A stretch of DNA of 64,000 nt from Octopus sinensis (GCF_006345805.1 NC_042998.1:137268001-137332000); one strand, 5' to 3'. Positions 1 to 15,045 are shown, counted from the stretch's first letter. Translations and numbers: made by a program. Notes: generated from the sequence alone by a model not told the origin.

Positions 1-1469
1 AGTTGGCATAAAATTTTTCTTTTACTCATTTCTTTTGTAAATTATTCTTCATTTTGACATGGCAGCTGTCCATTAATTGAAGCAAGTTTTTTCCTCTCTT
101 TTTATTATATTTTATTTTATAAATTCTGACACATTTCCACTATCTTAACTCAAACTTTCTCTTATGATTTCCATCTTCATTAACAAGTATTGATTTTTAC
201 AAATGGTTGCAGATCTAAAATTACATTGCCTTGATCTACCAGGATTTTTATTCAAAGTGATCCTCTCTTAGACAAACTATCTTAACGACAGTTTGAAAGT
301 ACAAGTCTACACTCCCCCATTCCACACCACCACTTATGGTCTTACAGTATGCTTGTTCACCATCTCAAGTATATTTTATGTATACTGAATACACCAGTTT
401 TTAAACCAGTCTTGTTTTCTCCTGGGTGCTAACAAGAGTCCCTGCCAAGCTGGCCTAGTGGAGATGCTACTTTAGTCACCAACGAACTGGCATACACACA
501 CATGCACGCGTGCACAGACACACGTAAAGTTGGCATTTGGAAAGGTATGCAGCTGTGGAAACCATGCAAAAGTGGACAATGGAGTTCAATGCAGTCCTCC
601 TGCTCATTGGATCCTGTCAAACTGTCCCAACCAAACTAGTATAGAAAATAAACATTAAATGATGATGATATACATACAGACATACAAGGATGTAAACACA
701 CTAACACCAGTTGTCAAGCAGTGGTGGGAGCAAACACATACACAAAGACACGCACACATATATATATATATATATATATAAAATATTATTAGAGGCAAAA
801 CAACTATTTTGCAAAACAAACAAGGAAAGACTTAATCAATACATAAAATTTTAATAAATAGTCAAAAAATTTAATCCTAAATCTGATTTTTTCCCTGTAA
901 ATTTGGATTTATTCCCTAATATTTATTATTATATATATATATATATATATATATGACCTTTCAGCTTCCATCTACGAAAGCCACTCACAAGGCTTTGGCC
1001 AGCCCGAGGCTACAGTAGAAGACACTTGACCAAGGTGCCATGCAGTGAGACTGAACCCAGAAACATGTAGTTGGGAAGCAAACTTCTTACCACACAGCTA
1101 CGCCTGTGTGTTTGTCTTCCATACTAGCTTGAGCTGGACAGTTTGACAAGATCCAACAGGTGAATGGACCATTTCGTGCTCCAGCTGCTTTATAGTTGCT
1201 TCCACAGCTGGATGCTCTTCCTAAAGCCAACTGCTTTGCAGAGTATACTGGGTGCATTGTAAAACATTCAGTAGACTGTGTAAAGTCATTGGAATGCAGC
1301 CATACTGGAACACTATCAAAACAAATCAACTCCTGTATTTATTTTAAGTCTGGTGCTTATCAGTTACTTTTTCATGGGCTGCTAAGATAAGACATAAACA
1401 AACCAACATGAGTTGCCATACTGTGGAAGGACAAACACAAAGACATACACACTTACTTTATATATATAT

Positions 1470-1697
1470 ACATCATCATCATCATCGTTTAACGTCCGTT
1501 TTCTGTGCTAGCACGGGTTGGACGGTTCGACCAGGGTCTGGGAAGCCAGGAGGCTGCACCAGGCTTCAGTCTGATCTGGCAGTGTTTCTACAGCTGGATG
1601 CCCTTCCTAATGCCAACCACTCCGTGAGTGTAATGGGTGCTTTTTACGTGCCACCGGCACAGAAGCCAGTCAAGGCGGCACTGGCATCGAGGCAGCG
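1470..1697 (-). mobile_element. Retroposon with (GAT)n tail, family C
   Basis: Reverse complement of ...ggttggcattaggaagggcatccagctgtagaaa...ccaacccgtgctagcacagaaaacggacgttaaacgatgatgatg. Other copies at about 530-670(+), 40250-40372(+), 42400-42550(+), 42590-42830(+), 48784-48901(+) and 55930-56090(-). Confidence 0.8.
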
Positions 1698-2337
<640 letters not shown>

Positions 2338-3287
2338 TAGCAATATGTGTGTTTAGATATCACATTATCTACAATATATAAACAGATTTTTTTTTATTTT
2401 TCTTATTTCACATTAAAGCATAATAATTGTTCTCGATTAAAAAGAAAAAAAAACACATAGTTATAAGTGTTTGTTCGCTTTTCTTTATATTTATTTGTTG
2501 TTGTTCATTTTGGAAGTAGTTTTATCAGTGTCCTGAATTTCACGTGATAACAGCAAATATATATTAAAAAAAAAAAACTTCTTGATTATCAGGTTGCATT
2601 TTATTTTATTTTTTTAGCTTTTCTTTTGGTTTCGTATGTACATATATTGCACAACTATACCTATTGTTTTCGGTTTGACTATTAAGAAACTATTAAAATA
2701 AATAAATACATAAAAACTATCACTGCACGTGACCTTGTCCCACGCATTATCCAGTACCAAATAGGCGTGGCTTCAAATTTGAAGTTATTCTCTTTGCCAA
2801 TGTCTTCCTAAATGAATGTCACTGAAGTGCCTGGCCAATTTTATCGCTTTTGTTTTCAAATCTTTTTCATGAATGAATTATAAATTATTTATCTTCTCAA
2901 TACTTTTGAGTTGAGTTGCTGTTTCCCCCACCTCCTTATTTTTATTTTTCTTCTCTGTTCTTTTTGTTCTCCTGCCAAAATCTCGATGAATTTTATGGTT
3001 GGGGAAGAGAAAGACGTGGGGATGACTTTTTGTTTACTTGCATTACCGGTATAAACCTCTCTCCAGTTATATTGTGTAAAGATATTGCTCCTTGTGTAAT
3101 GTGTGTGTCTGTTCTATAAACGGAAGAGAGTAAGCAAGGTAAAGAGAAAAAAAGAATGTGAAAACTAACAAGAACAAAGCATAAATTCTTAACTGTTTCA
3201 ATCAACATAATACAAAGCCAAACCAGGTTATTGTTACTGGATTTTTCTGCTCTTTTTGGCTTTGAAAGTATTTGAATTTTGTCTCAG

Positions 3288-3382
3288 ATACTTAGTATTC
3301 GCTGACTGTTACAAAGTGTATGGAGCCTTTATGTGTCGAATCTGAAGAGGATTTAAAATTAATGGATAATGCATCGTTCATG
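3288..3382 (+). other. Candidate upstream HR4 exon (5' UTR plus MDNASFM)
   Basis: Acceptor attttgtctcag ends at 3287. ATG at 3362 gives MDNASFM followed by a phase-0 donor |gtaggt at 3383, in frame with the ATG-first exon at 23413. No transcript evidence. Confidence 0.4.
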
Positions 3383-4685
3383 GTAGGTCATTTAATTTTT
3401 TAATAACCATTTATAAAATGCAACAATGTCAAAAACATTAAGAGCACTAATTACTCAAGAAATATTCTAAAGCACAAAAATTGTTTTGAATCTAAAGGTG
3501 TGTGTGTACATGTGAATGGAGGTGCCTGGCATAATGATTAAAGTATTGCACTTATGATCGTAAGATAGTGGTTTCAATTGCTGGACCGGGCAATACGTCG
3601 TGTTCTTTATCAAAACACGTCATTTCACGTTACTCCACTCCACTCAGTTGGCAAAAGTAATTCTGCAGTGGACCAGCATCCTGTCCAGTGGGGGATATAT
3701 ATGTCATATAATCTTGGAAACCAGCCTATGAGTTGGAAAGGACCTTTGATTCTTTTTGAGAACATTAACCAATTTATTCAACATGGTTAAACCAGTGGAA
3801 CGTCCTGCAGTATTAATCTTATTTTCTGATTAGGGATGTCTCAGAGACTGGCTTTGCCTCATATTACTCTGCGAGTAACGAAACTAATATACTTAGCAGA
3901 TTCAGTTGATGGTACTAAATATCTTGTTTCGTGATGAATGGTCTTCGGTCTAACCACTAGATATTAATCATATTAGTTGTTTATTGAAATGGCTCTGAGG
4001 AAGCTATAAGATGTAGCACTGGAACTCAACTCTATGCACAGTTCCTAATAGCAGAAACAGCAGCAAGCCACATTTATTTATTGATATTATGCTGTGTACT
4101 GATCTGTTTGTTCATATAAGAGTCCGGAGCGCTGCTCATTGCCAAACATTTGACATGATTTCCCCACCCAAAGAAAAAACTCAAAATTTTTATTTCTCTT
4201 TTCAGTTATTCCCCTCTCCCTCCCTTCCTGTAACTTTTTCGTTTTATTTTATTCGGAATTTTTTCTTCAAATTTAATTTTAAAAATAAATATCAGAGATG
4301 GTAATTTAAAATTTTTGAAACGAAACTCTGCTACGTAACTTACTTTTATTTTTCATAATGTCAATTTCTGATATGTAAAGCTGATAAAAATTTCGAAAAG
4401 TGCCAAAGACGAAAAGTTACTGAGAATGAGAAAGGAACCAAAAAACAAAAAGGCGATGTTAAATTTTAAACTTTTCTTATTATATTTTTGAAGAATCATA
4501 ATCCCAGCTGTTTAAAAACAAACGTCTGCAAAAAAAAAACATAGAAAAAGATCTACAAACTATAAAAAAAACGTAAAGAAGGGATTTTCCGCCCCACTCC
4601 TCGCTTTTTTTTTCCATGGCTTTAAACATGCACATCCGAACGAAATTACGAATTTTTGGTGCACTAGATAATTTCTGATGAAAAC

Positions 4686-4940
4686 GCATGACATGTTGGT
4701 TAGGTTGATGCGCTCGCGATCGTAAGATTGTGCTTTCGGTTCCTAGACCGGGCGGTGCGCTTGTGTTCTTGAGCAAAACTCTTCATTTCACATTGCTCCA
4801 GTCCACTCAGCTGTAAATGAATTCCAGCAATAGATGACAAGTTAACTTTGCGACGGACCGGCGTCCCATCCAGGGAGAACTGTCATAATTTCAGTCATTT
4901 ACACGCCATAGAAACTGGGTTAAGCTCCGGCTTTATGAGC
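4686..4940 (+). mobile_element. tRNA-derived SINE, family A
   Basis: tRNA-like head followed by ccagtccactcagctgtaaatg and gacggaccggcgtcccatccaggg. Related copies at about 3525-3700, 9570-9707 and 54320-54485. Confidence 0.75.
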
Positions 4941-5867
4941 CAATAAAAATAATTCTGACTCCTTCCGAGTTGCATATGTCTGACTGAGATTGTCTGGGGT
5001 AATCGATAGAAATTACTATTTTATAACGTAATAATAGTAACTATCTAATGACTAGCACAATGTTTGTCGAAATTGACAGGATTTACTTGAGCTTGGAATA
5101 AATTATACAAACTTAAAAGTTTGTGAAAGAGTATGAAACTGCCTAATAGAGTGATACTGAATATCTTGGAGTTTAACTTTTGGTAGAAGAGTAATTAGGT
5201 AATAAAGAGAAAAGGAGTCAATTTGTGCATGTTAGTTTAGTTTGTAATCTAAAATACGATACTGGAACGAAAATTGTCAGTTTCATTTGATCACTAGATT
5301 CGTTTAATACAAGCTTTATTTATGTGAGCAAGCAAATATGCGTATGATTATATGTGGATGTATGTATTGCATAACAGAACTAACAAGTGACATTCGCTTT
5401 TTAGAGAGATATCAGTTACAAAATTGCATTTCATACGATATGTATACACTCTTTCCCTGCCTCTGTCTATTTTTGCTTTTTCTCTTTCTCATTGTCCTTC
5501 AAATATTTCTATTCGTCTTTCTTTCAATTCCAATCAATATTTATCTCATCTGAGCAAGATTATCAATAGCATGGATTTTCATGAGGAACCAATCCATCAA
5601 TTGATTGGTCCGACTGACTTCATAAGAAATAAACTTAAAATAATGTTTGCCGTATTATGCTGCGGCTCCTTTGTATTCCGAGTTGAAATGCTGCCAAGGT
5701 TGAGTTCGCTTTTCATCTTTCCACTGTCGATAAGATATGATACAAATAATGTCGATTAAATAGATTATTTTATCATCGTAAATCTGAGACCTTGTGCCTA
5801 TATTACAAATCATTATTTAAAGTTACTGTTTAGTTTTAAACCTTTTAGGTTCAGGACTGAAACAAAG

Positions 5868-6075
5868 TCAATGAGTTAGCAGAACCGTTAGAGCGCAAGA
5901 CAAAATTCCTTGCAGTATTTCTTCCGGCTCTTTGCGCTTCTGAGTTCAAACCCCACTGAGTTCAACTTTGCCTTTTGGGGTTGATATAAAAGTGCCAGTC
6001 AAGTACTAGGGCCGATGGTATCGACTAATCTCCCCACCTCAAAACTGCTGGCCTTGTGCATAAATTAGAAGCCAT
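5868..6075 (+). mobile_element. Family-B SINE
   Basis: gagttagcagaaccgttagagcgc...gagttcaaacc...actgctggccttgtgc. Confidence 0.8.
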
Positions 6076-9000
6076 TCTTTATATACATCATGTATTCTTT
6101 ATATTCGCGCATGCATACACATGCCCAACACGTAGTCCCTTTTTTATGATTATGATTTATGAAAGTATCGTTAGCAATTCTTTTTTTTCCGTTGGTTATT
6201 TCGAAAATAATTGTAAGAATTACAGAACATCACATATCAATGAGCTTTTGTTGCTACTGAAAAGGGTTAATATACAAAGATCATAAAAATAAAATAAAGA
6301 AATAAAACTACACCCAGTAAAATAGTATGAAATAAAGTTTCTCTGCATTTAATCCAATTATATATAAAAATTTGTGCTCATTTAATACTTTAATCATTCT
6401 TAGCTGTATGGACATGTCTATTTACCGTAAACTTTTTTCTTGTTTATTATAGTATGTACTACCCCCACCGCTATTCCCAGTTTGCAATCGTTTGTCAAGC
6501 ACACTAGACAAATCGAGATATGCGACTAAGTCAAAAGGAAATTATTGACTTGATAACATTTGATTAAAACATTATGTATTTTATGTCAGAGAAATAGAGG
6601 CAAATAGGTCATACAGGCGACAAGAATTCGTTCGTGTAATAAAAAAACGTGTTAGCAATTTGAATTCGTCTCTTGTACAACAGACTGAAACTAAGTTCAC
6701 ATGCTCAATTTAGAACAAGAAAATGTTCAGTGTCTGACTGTAACTTATTGCCATTTCAAGATTCTGCATATGAATTATATCGAAGTTGATTTTTCATATC
6801 ATCCTTCCGTTCTCAATAAAATAAGTCACCAGTATTCTAATACACTAGAGACGATTTAACGAACGATACCTGTCTCTTAGCATTGTTTCATTTTAGCATG
6901 ACTATGATTACGCAACATATCTCACGGATTCTCAGGTTACTATTGATTTACCTCTCAGTGTAAGTACATAGCCAGGGCGAAGTAGAGATGTAAACCTTTT
7001 GAAAAAGATAATTACCTCTTTCTTTTGAATAAACTATGGATTGCTTAATACCTTCAAGCTATGAATTACTGAATGCCTTTACTTAACATCTTAATATTTC
7101 AAAAAGCTTGTAAGTTTTGCTTTTCATTTAAAGAGTTCAATAAGAAAGCGATCAATAGTATGTTGTCCTGTTCTAGCAGAAGCCATCTATTCCACTAGAT
7201 ATACCAATTTCTTTACATGTGTATGTACAAAGAAATGCCTTCTTCAGTTCAAATCTTACCTTTTGTAACCGGAAGAAGAAAAAACAGTCCTTTGAAACCC
7301 CGCAAAAAAAGTCATAGGCTTGGGAAATCCTTCAGCAAATACCTAATTACTTAAGTTAATCACTTCTCGATCCTAGCATATAGGTTGACAGGAGACAACG
7401 AAAAGGGACTTTAATGCACTAACAACTATATATATATATATTCTTTTACTTTTTTCAGTCATTTGACTGCGGCCATGCCTTTAGTCGAACAAATGGACCC
7501 CAGGACTTATTCTTTGTAAGCCTTGTACTTATTCTATTGGTGTCTTTTTGCCGTACCGCTAGATGACGGGGACGTAAACCCACCAACATCGGTTGTCAAG
7601 CGATGGTGGGGGAACAAATACAGACACCCAAACATACACACACACATATATATATATATAATACAAAATGGAACAAGAACGCAAAACATCCAGATAGACG
7701 ATACAAAGAAAACAAGGACGGGTCATTTGGAGTTTTCTTTCCTCAGTGGAGTTCCAAATTATCTTTGCAATTGCGCTGGTTCTACTCGAGACTGATCTAA
7801 TCTGGCCAGCCCCAAGGGAAAACTAAGCCAAGAGCATTAGATTCCTTGGAAGAAAGCAGCGGGGCTTCTTTACGTTTCCGTACCAAATCCACTCATAAGG
7901 CTTTGGTTGGCCCAAGGTGCCACGCAGTGGGACTGAACTCGGAACCATGTGGTTGAGAAGCAAGCTTCTCCCACACAGCCATTCCTGCGCCTATATATAT
8001 GTATATGAGAGAGAGTTTGTATTTGCTTTGCAAGAAAGAGGAGAGTCTTATTAGATCTACACTGTTGCAGTAGAAAGCAAAAAAAATTAATGGCAACATT
8101 CTAGCTTTAATGTTGTTGCTGTGTAACCCCGGGCCTACCTTGGTCGAGCAGTCCTATGGTACATAGTATGCCTGCTAAACAACGAGACGCGAACCATATA
8201 TCCAGTTTATCATATGGAGAATTTATCATTCGAGTGACATTCTGTGACCATCCCCTCTGTTTTCCCCCTGGTATGTTATATTCAGCATAAGGTTATATTT
8301 AACTACTTTGAAGACGGTAGCATATGAGGAAGATTTAGCTTGCTATTTCGTGACTTCCTTGCTAGCTCGTTCTAGCCTAACTTGTGTAGGTGGTGTTATG
8401 CAGCGTGTTGAAGTACTTTATTATTAATAGCAGTTTTCGAGGATAGTAAGTTATGTCTGTTTGTATAAAGCTGTATCAAAATATATAACGAAGTAATTAA
8501 ATTTCAGAAAGAGGGGAAAAAATAAATAATGGAATGAAGTAGGTCAAAACACATTTACTGGGGTCGGTGACTGATGGTGAGTAGAGTGAGTTGGGCGGAC
8601 AAAGGTGAAGATGAATAAACTTGGAGGGAAGTAGAGAATTTGGTGTGTCTGTGTGTATATAAAAACATGTGTTGATATGTTGAATATCAGTCTGTATTTG
8701 TGAGTGAGAGAAAGAATAGAAATCAGTAAAAAGAGAGGAAGGAAGAGAAATGTCACGTTCCTTCGCACGAGTTCTGGTGCGCCAGCACTGCCTGACTACT
8801 GTAGCTGGTGTACTTCGTTCAGACACTGGTGGCCGGATCACGTTTACAGATCGTAGCTTGTCTCTCCAAACAGGACTCACGTTTCAAAAAGAGCCAAGCT
8901 GTAGATTTATAGTGCGTGAAATTTGATTGCGTAAGAGTGCACCCGTCCATTTGTGTGTACTTGAGTGTATGTTTGTTTGTAAGATAGAATTTTTTAAAAT

Positions 9001-11046
9001 AATTTTGTTAATCTAAAATATATAACTTTATTAAACGAATGTTCATATTAAAAATATCTTTTCAACTTGTTACATTCCGAATTTATACTCATACAAAATC
9101 TATATTTGTAACTAAACTGTACCATTACAAATTTAAGGTTAAATTTTCGTTGGACATAACTTGCAGTTGATTCAACGGAAGGAACACATAACTACTGTCC
9201 TAATAACTAAACAGTTTGTCCCGTGATATCAAAATACTGTTGTCACTAGCAATGACTTAATTCTACGACGGACTCATTTGAAAATTACCGAAATATTATG
9301 CAGTTCACAAGCATAAGCAACAGGAAGCTCTCTTTCTACATAATTTAGTGCTCGGTTCTTACATCACCGTCACTCAGCCTTTCCCTACTCGCTCGTCTCT
9401 CCTTTCGTCATCCACATTGTGTCTACTGTTACCCTAGCCCCTGCACTAATAACTACGCCCAGTCTTTCCTTCCTTCCCAGTACGTTGACTTTACAGATTT
9501 TTCCTGCAGCTGTAGATTTTCGACTGTTCAAGTGGAACATTAACAGTATCAGTTTCACAGGTCCGTGACTGCCTGCATGGAAATTGAGTAGACTAGTGGT
9601 TAGGGTGTTGCACTCACGGTCACAAGATCGGGGTTTCGATTCCTGGACCTCGAAACCTCGGTTCCTTGTATTCGTGAACAAAACACTTCATTTTACCGTT
9701 GCTCCATTGGGTAGTAAAAAATTAAAACAAAATTGTTTTTAATTAAATTTTATCAACATAATTGTAATCCACACCATTAAAAAAAAAATGCTTCTGCAAA
9801 GTTTCATTTAAAAATATACATTTTTAAGAAAGGTATGAGATAATAAATTTGGAAAGAGCAGAGGCGAGGTACAAAACTAGTTTTACCAATTTTTTTTTTT
9901 TTTTCGTTTTCTTTGAAATCAGAAACTGGTTAAAGTCACAGGATTTACAGCTGTATTTTTACTTTTTTAATATAAATAAATTTCGTTTGCATCTAATTTG
10001 TGTAAATAGAGATATATTTTCTTTGCTGTTTTAATTACATTTTCATCCTTAATAAATTGAAACAACAGTATTTCAAATTTTCAAAAAGCCAAACGCAAGG
10101 CTTTCATTATATGTATTACATACGAGTTCGAATCCCGCTGCACCCAACTTTTCTTCATTCTTTCAAGGTTCATTAAATAAAGTATCACTCAACTAGCCAA
10201 GTACTTCAATTGATATAATTGGCTGTACTTTTTCTCACAAATTTCTGACCTATGTGAGAAATTATTGTTTCGGAAACTACTACAGCTATTACAAAATAAT
10301 TATTTGTGATCTGTCTCAGTGTAATTAATATTTAAATACATATATAAACCTTCAGATAAAGATTCTTGAGATGGATGCAGATTCTAAATCTCTGATGTTC
10401 AAAACAAAACCCAGAAGATCCTTTCTTTAATTTTGTTTTTTAAGCTTAAAAAAGAGGGAGGTTAACAATTTCTTAAAACTCACGCTTAAACAAATAAGGA
10501 CTGAAAACTACTGCCTTGAGTTACAGCATCATACCTTACTTATACTAAAATGCAAATGTGTCTCTCATCAGTTACACTGATAAAAGGAGACTAAAACAAT
10601 AAATGGAGTGGGTGTGAATGACAGAGACGCTAAGTGCAGGTAAACTGTTGTGAACTCTGAAGCATTTTAATCAAAATGAAACTAAATTTTCATCATAAAT
10701 TGTATTTATCAATTTCATACACACACATAGGCACATATCTTAAAATATAACACTGTGTTTCATGTTGGTCAAGCTGGTGGAAGGAAAGTTAAGTGACAAA
10801 GGGAGTGGAGTATGTAGTAGAAATGGGAAGTATAAAAATATAGAGTGAGGGAGGGAGGGAGTGGCATATCAGCTGCTGGGGCAGGAGGTATTTTGATAAA
10901 AATAAACTGCAAATTTTTGTCATTTCCAAATAAATAACCAAAAGTTTGAAAGCAAAATAGACTAAGTGATGGTAGAAGTTCACGCACACACATATATCCA
11001 TGCGGATACATTTTTCTCCTATGACATCATGATTCTCTCTCACACA

Positions 11047-11290
11047 CTATCTTGCAACATGAAATACCTCAAGACTTTGGTCTTCACAGTGCAGAAAGTT
11101 GGCAGATTTTTTCTTATTTGCTTCCCCTCTGGCTAAATAAACCTGTCTCCTAGCTTCCCTTCTGGCAGTTTGATACAATTCCCTGCTACCACCGTTCTTC
11201 CAGGTCTTCCAAGCCTGTTTCTTTTCTCTAATAGCCCTGTCAACAATATTGTTCCACCACCATGTTATTTGGGGTCGAGAGGGGACTTTG
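11047..11290 (-). mobile_element. RTE-like LINE ORF fragment
   Basis: WWWNNIVDRAIREKKQAWKTWKNGGSRELYQTARREARRQVYLARGEA resembles the linker between the endonuclease and RT of RTE-type LINEs. Confidence 0.6.
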
Positions 11291-11350
11291 TACCATGTAT
11301 GTATATATGTGTGTGTGTCGAGAGGGAACTTTGCACCATGTATGTATGCG

Positions 11351-11396
<46 letters not shown>

Positions 11397-11905
11397 TATA
11401 TATATATAGGTTGGTAGGTTGACATCATGCACCAGTTTCAAGTGAGTAGTGTCATTGTCATGCAATAGGTGTTCTTTGTTTCCAATCTTCTACATAATCA
11501 TGTCTGGGCATGGTGAAATATTACCTTATTTGGAAACAAGTTATGGTTGGTGACAGGAATGACATCCAGCTATACAAAATCTGTCTGATCTACGGGAGCA
11601 TGGAAAAGCATATATTTCATAGATATATATATATATATTTTACACCATCAATGATATTTCTAACCAAGACATTACTACTGTATCTGATTGTTCAAGTGCT
11701 TCAATTCTGTGATGTACAGATATTTACTCAATTGCTAACATTTATCAATGGTTTCTCCCATTGTACTGATGTGCCATTTTCTATCATGAATAAAATTGTT
11801 GGCATTTTTTTATGACATGGGTATGCTAGTAAATATGTGTCTATATATAGAGAGAGAGAGGAATGGTGATGCAAACAGGAAAAAATAGAACTCAAAATAT
11901 GAGTA

Positions 11906-12114
11906 CAGTAATCCCTCGCCATATCACGGTTTATCATTTAAACTTACATCAATTCCCCCATGGTTTTGTTTTGCATTTATAATAAAATAAATATATACAA
12001 ATTATAAAAATAATTTTTAAAAATATACAAAACAGTGCTGTTTCTACTTCACGGATTTTCACCTATCGCAGCGGGTTTTGGAATGTAACACCCACAATAG
12101 TCAAGGGATTACTG
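11906..12114. mobile_element. pogo/Tigger-type MITE
   Basis: TA|CAGTAATCCCTCG ... CAAGGGATTACTG|TA: 13-bp TIR with 1 mismatch and TA target duplication. Confidence 0.8.
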
Positions 12115-12235
12115 TATATGTATATTTTTATTAATATCTAGCAGAATCAACAGAGAAACTCAAAGGCCAAGAGTTTTGTGTGTTAGCACTTACAAAAAAA
12201 GTGCAAACACACAAGCCTTTGAGTCATTCCATTGC

Positions 12236-12305
<70 letters not shown>

Positions 12306-12759
12306 AGGGAAACTACTCCCATAGCTATTCGAATTCTGATTGGAAGAAAGAGTGAAAGAACCCTTTCTTCACCCTTAAGTATTGAAACTAAAGTAAAACG
12401 TTCCTAAAGCTATTGAGTAATAAATTGCATTCACAACAAAATATATTTTACTTTTTTTTCAGTTATACTGTCTTTGTTAGTAGGCGGGGTTTTTTCTACT
12501 CCTTTATATTTTGTAACCACAAATAGCTGTTAAAATTGCAATAAAGGACATACAATTTTTTTGAATAATTTTGTGATATAATTCTAGTAATTTCTTAGGC
12601 TATATGATTATTCTTTGTGAAAATTAGCTGGAGTAAGAGAAGATAAACACATAAATTGTATGAAATTAATTAGACTTAGATTAACTCTGGATTTAGCTAG
12701 GCTTGATTGGTTTAATAGCTTGTCTCTTCAGTAACACAAATCTGTTTTGTAAGATTTAT

Positions 12760-14370
12760 AGGTTAATAGATTTGATCTCATGTTTCCAGACAACAGTTGT
12801 GAGTTATGCTATCTAGTTCAGTGCAAGTCCAGATGAGACCAATTCTGTATTTAATTTCTTATCAACTTTCAAAATCATTGGCCTCTGTCATTGAATCATA
12901 TAAATTCAATAGCAGAGGTGTTGTTTATATTCGTCCCAGGCTGTCTTTTCTGTGGATAGCATTATATTTTTGTTTTTGCTGCAACATCATATCACAGTGG
13001 GTGGAAGTATCTCAATGACATTTTTGGGAAGCTGCTGATTATGTGTTTGTTATACCCTCCACAAAAGAGTAATACAATTGACATTTGTTGTTGCATCTTT
13101 GGAGTGCTTCACTGTCCTATTTGTTCATAAGACATTTCACAGCTATCACCTGCTCTTAAATTGCAAAAGTATAATCTTTATGGTGTGACATAAAGTAACA
13201 GACATGAGTCCAAGAGAGGCCACATTTCATGTTAGCAGAATCGTTAGCAAAATGGGAAAAATGCTTAACAGCATTACATCCATCTTTAACGTTCTCAGTT
13301 CAGTTTCCTCTGAGATCAACTTTGCCTTTCATTCTTTCAGGGTTGATAACCTCAGCTAAGCACTGGGGTTGACATAATCGACTCATCTTCCCTAAAACTG
13401 TTGGCCTTGTGCCAAAATTTGAAACCAATAATTAGCATCCTTCTAAACCAGCAAACTGACAGAATTGTTAGCATGATGGGTGAAATGCTTAGTGGCATTT
13501 CATTCATCTTTATGTTCTGAGTTAAAATTCCACCGGGGTGTCCTCACCTATCATCCTTTCAGGATGGATAAAATAGTACCACTTACCCACTCCCTCAAAA
13601 TTGCTGGCCTTGTGCCAAAACTTGAAATTAATATTAGCATCTTCTTCAAGTTTACAGAATTTACATGAAAACCCTTTTTGTGGTATGTAGTGTTTCTCTT
13701 GTAGTTCTTTGCTGAGATATACTAGTTTTGCACTTCTGGTTTCATAGATAAGGTCAACAGGAAGTGAATGTTTCTAGAAGAATTCACTACCAGCCTGCAG
13801 GATGATATTCACATCATTTTTGAGCACTTGGTTGATGTGTTTAGGTTTGCTACCATTGCTTAACAGGTGCTAAGTAATATTAAATAACAATTGAAGGCTG
13901 TCTGTACTGATTTAAAGCTTCTTTTCTTCTGAGACAGAGCCTGCCAATTCACTGTTTCTTGTGTGTTTCAATATCTATGGAGTGGATTTCCTCTGTAGAC
14001 TAGTTGAGTATCTCAAATGCCGACATTAGTAAAGGTACTGCAAATGTGAGATGAAAGCTTTGCCATATATTTTTCAGTCTAGTATGATATTCTCTACTCT
14101 TTGTTCACAGTTCCTTTATATGATATATATTCATCAATACTTAGGTATTTGTAGCACTCTTGTCGAACAGGGGAAACAGTGAGACCATTAATACTAAGAT
14201 TTTAGGTTTGGGGAATGATTTTACCATGTTCAGTTGTTGAATGTGAACGTTTCTTTTGGCCAAACTATGTCCTTATATCAGCAGAAAACATTGTGATTAA
14301 TCCAGATGCTTTTTTTTCAAGTATGTATCTTTAGATCATCCACAAAGAAATTGTTTAACCTTGAAGAATT
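12760..14370 (-). mobile_element. Decayed R4/Dong-like (restriction-like endonuclease) non-LTR retrotransposon, interrupted by two SINEs
   Basis: Minus-strand pieces read FFVDDLKI, CYKYLSIDE, FAVPLL, LSWT...YTFAI*EQVIAVK, CNNKCQL...THIISSFPKM and VVWKHEIK. The order is colinear with the copy at 46.2-47.7 kb. The frame resumes on both sides of the SINE pair at about 13225-13660. Confidence 0.78.
13228..13640 (+). mobile_element. Two tandem family-B SINEs inserted into the R4-like element
   Basis: Same consensus as the array, two consecutive units. Confidence 0.8.
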
Positions 14371-14744
14371 TGTATTGGAATGATTCAACTCCAGTTCTTA
14401 ATTCTGTTAAGCTTGGTACTTATTTTATCGATTCCTTTTGCTGAACCTCTAAGTTACAGAGATGTAAACACACCAACAAGCAGTGGTGGGGGTTACAGAC
14501 ACAAATCTACCAAATCCACTCACAAGTCTTTGGTTGGCCCAAGGCTATTGTAGACGACACTTGCGTGCGCACACACACACAAGCCAAAACAGACTATGGA
14601 ACCTGGTATAGCCCCTGGTTTTGCCAGTTTCTGTCGTCAAACCCTTGCCAGCATAGAAAACAGACGCTAAATGTTGATGATCATGATGATGTGTGTGTGT
14701 ATCGTAAAATTCATTTTGACTTATTCTTAAAATTGCTTTAAAAT

Positions 14745-14823
14745 GACAGACAGACAGACAGATAGATTGACAGACAGACAGACAGATAGATTGACAGATT
14801 GACAGACAGACAGACAGACAGAC

Positions 14824-14894
<71 letters not shown>

Positions 14895-14999
14895 CAGATT
14901 GATAGACAGACAGATAGATAGATAGACAGACAGACAGAGAGATAGACAGACAGATAGACAGATAGATAGATAGATAGATAGACAGATTGATAGACAGAC

Positions 15000-15043
<44 letters not shown>

Positions 15044-15045
15044 GT
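14745..15045. repeat. Compound (GACA)n/(GATA)n microsatellite
   Basis: Seen directly. Confidence 0.95.

Noticed and set aside
2730-2738. TGACCTTG (reverse CAAGGTCA) nuclear-receptor extended half-site near the putative promoter
   Set aside because: A single short motif, and similar half-sites occur in SINE consensus sequence. Autoregulation is not supported.
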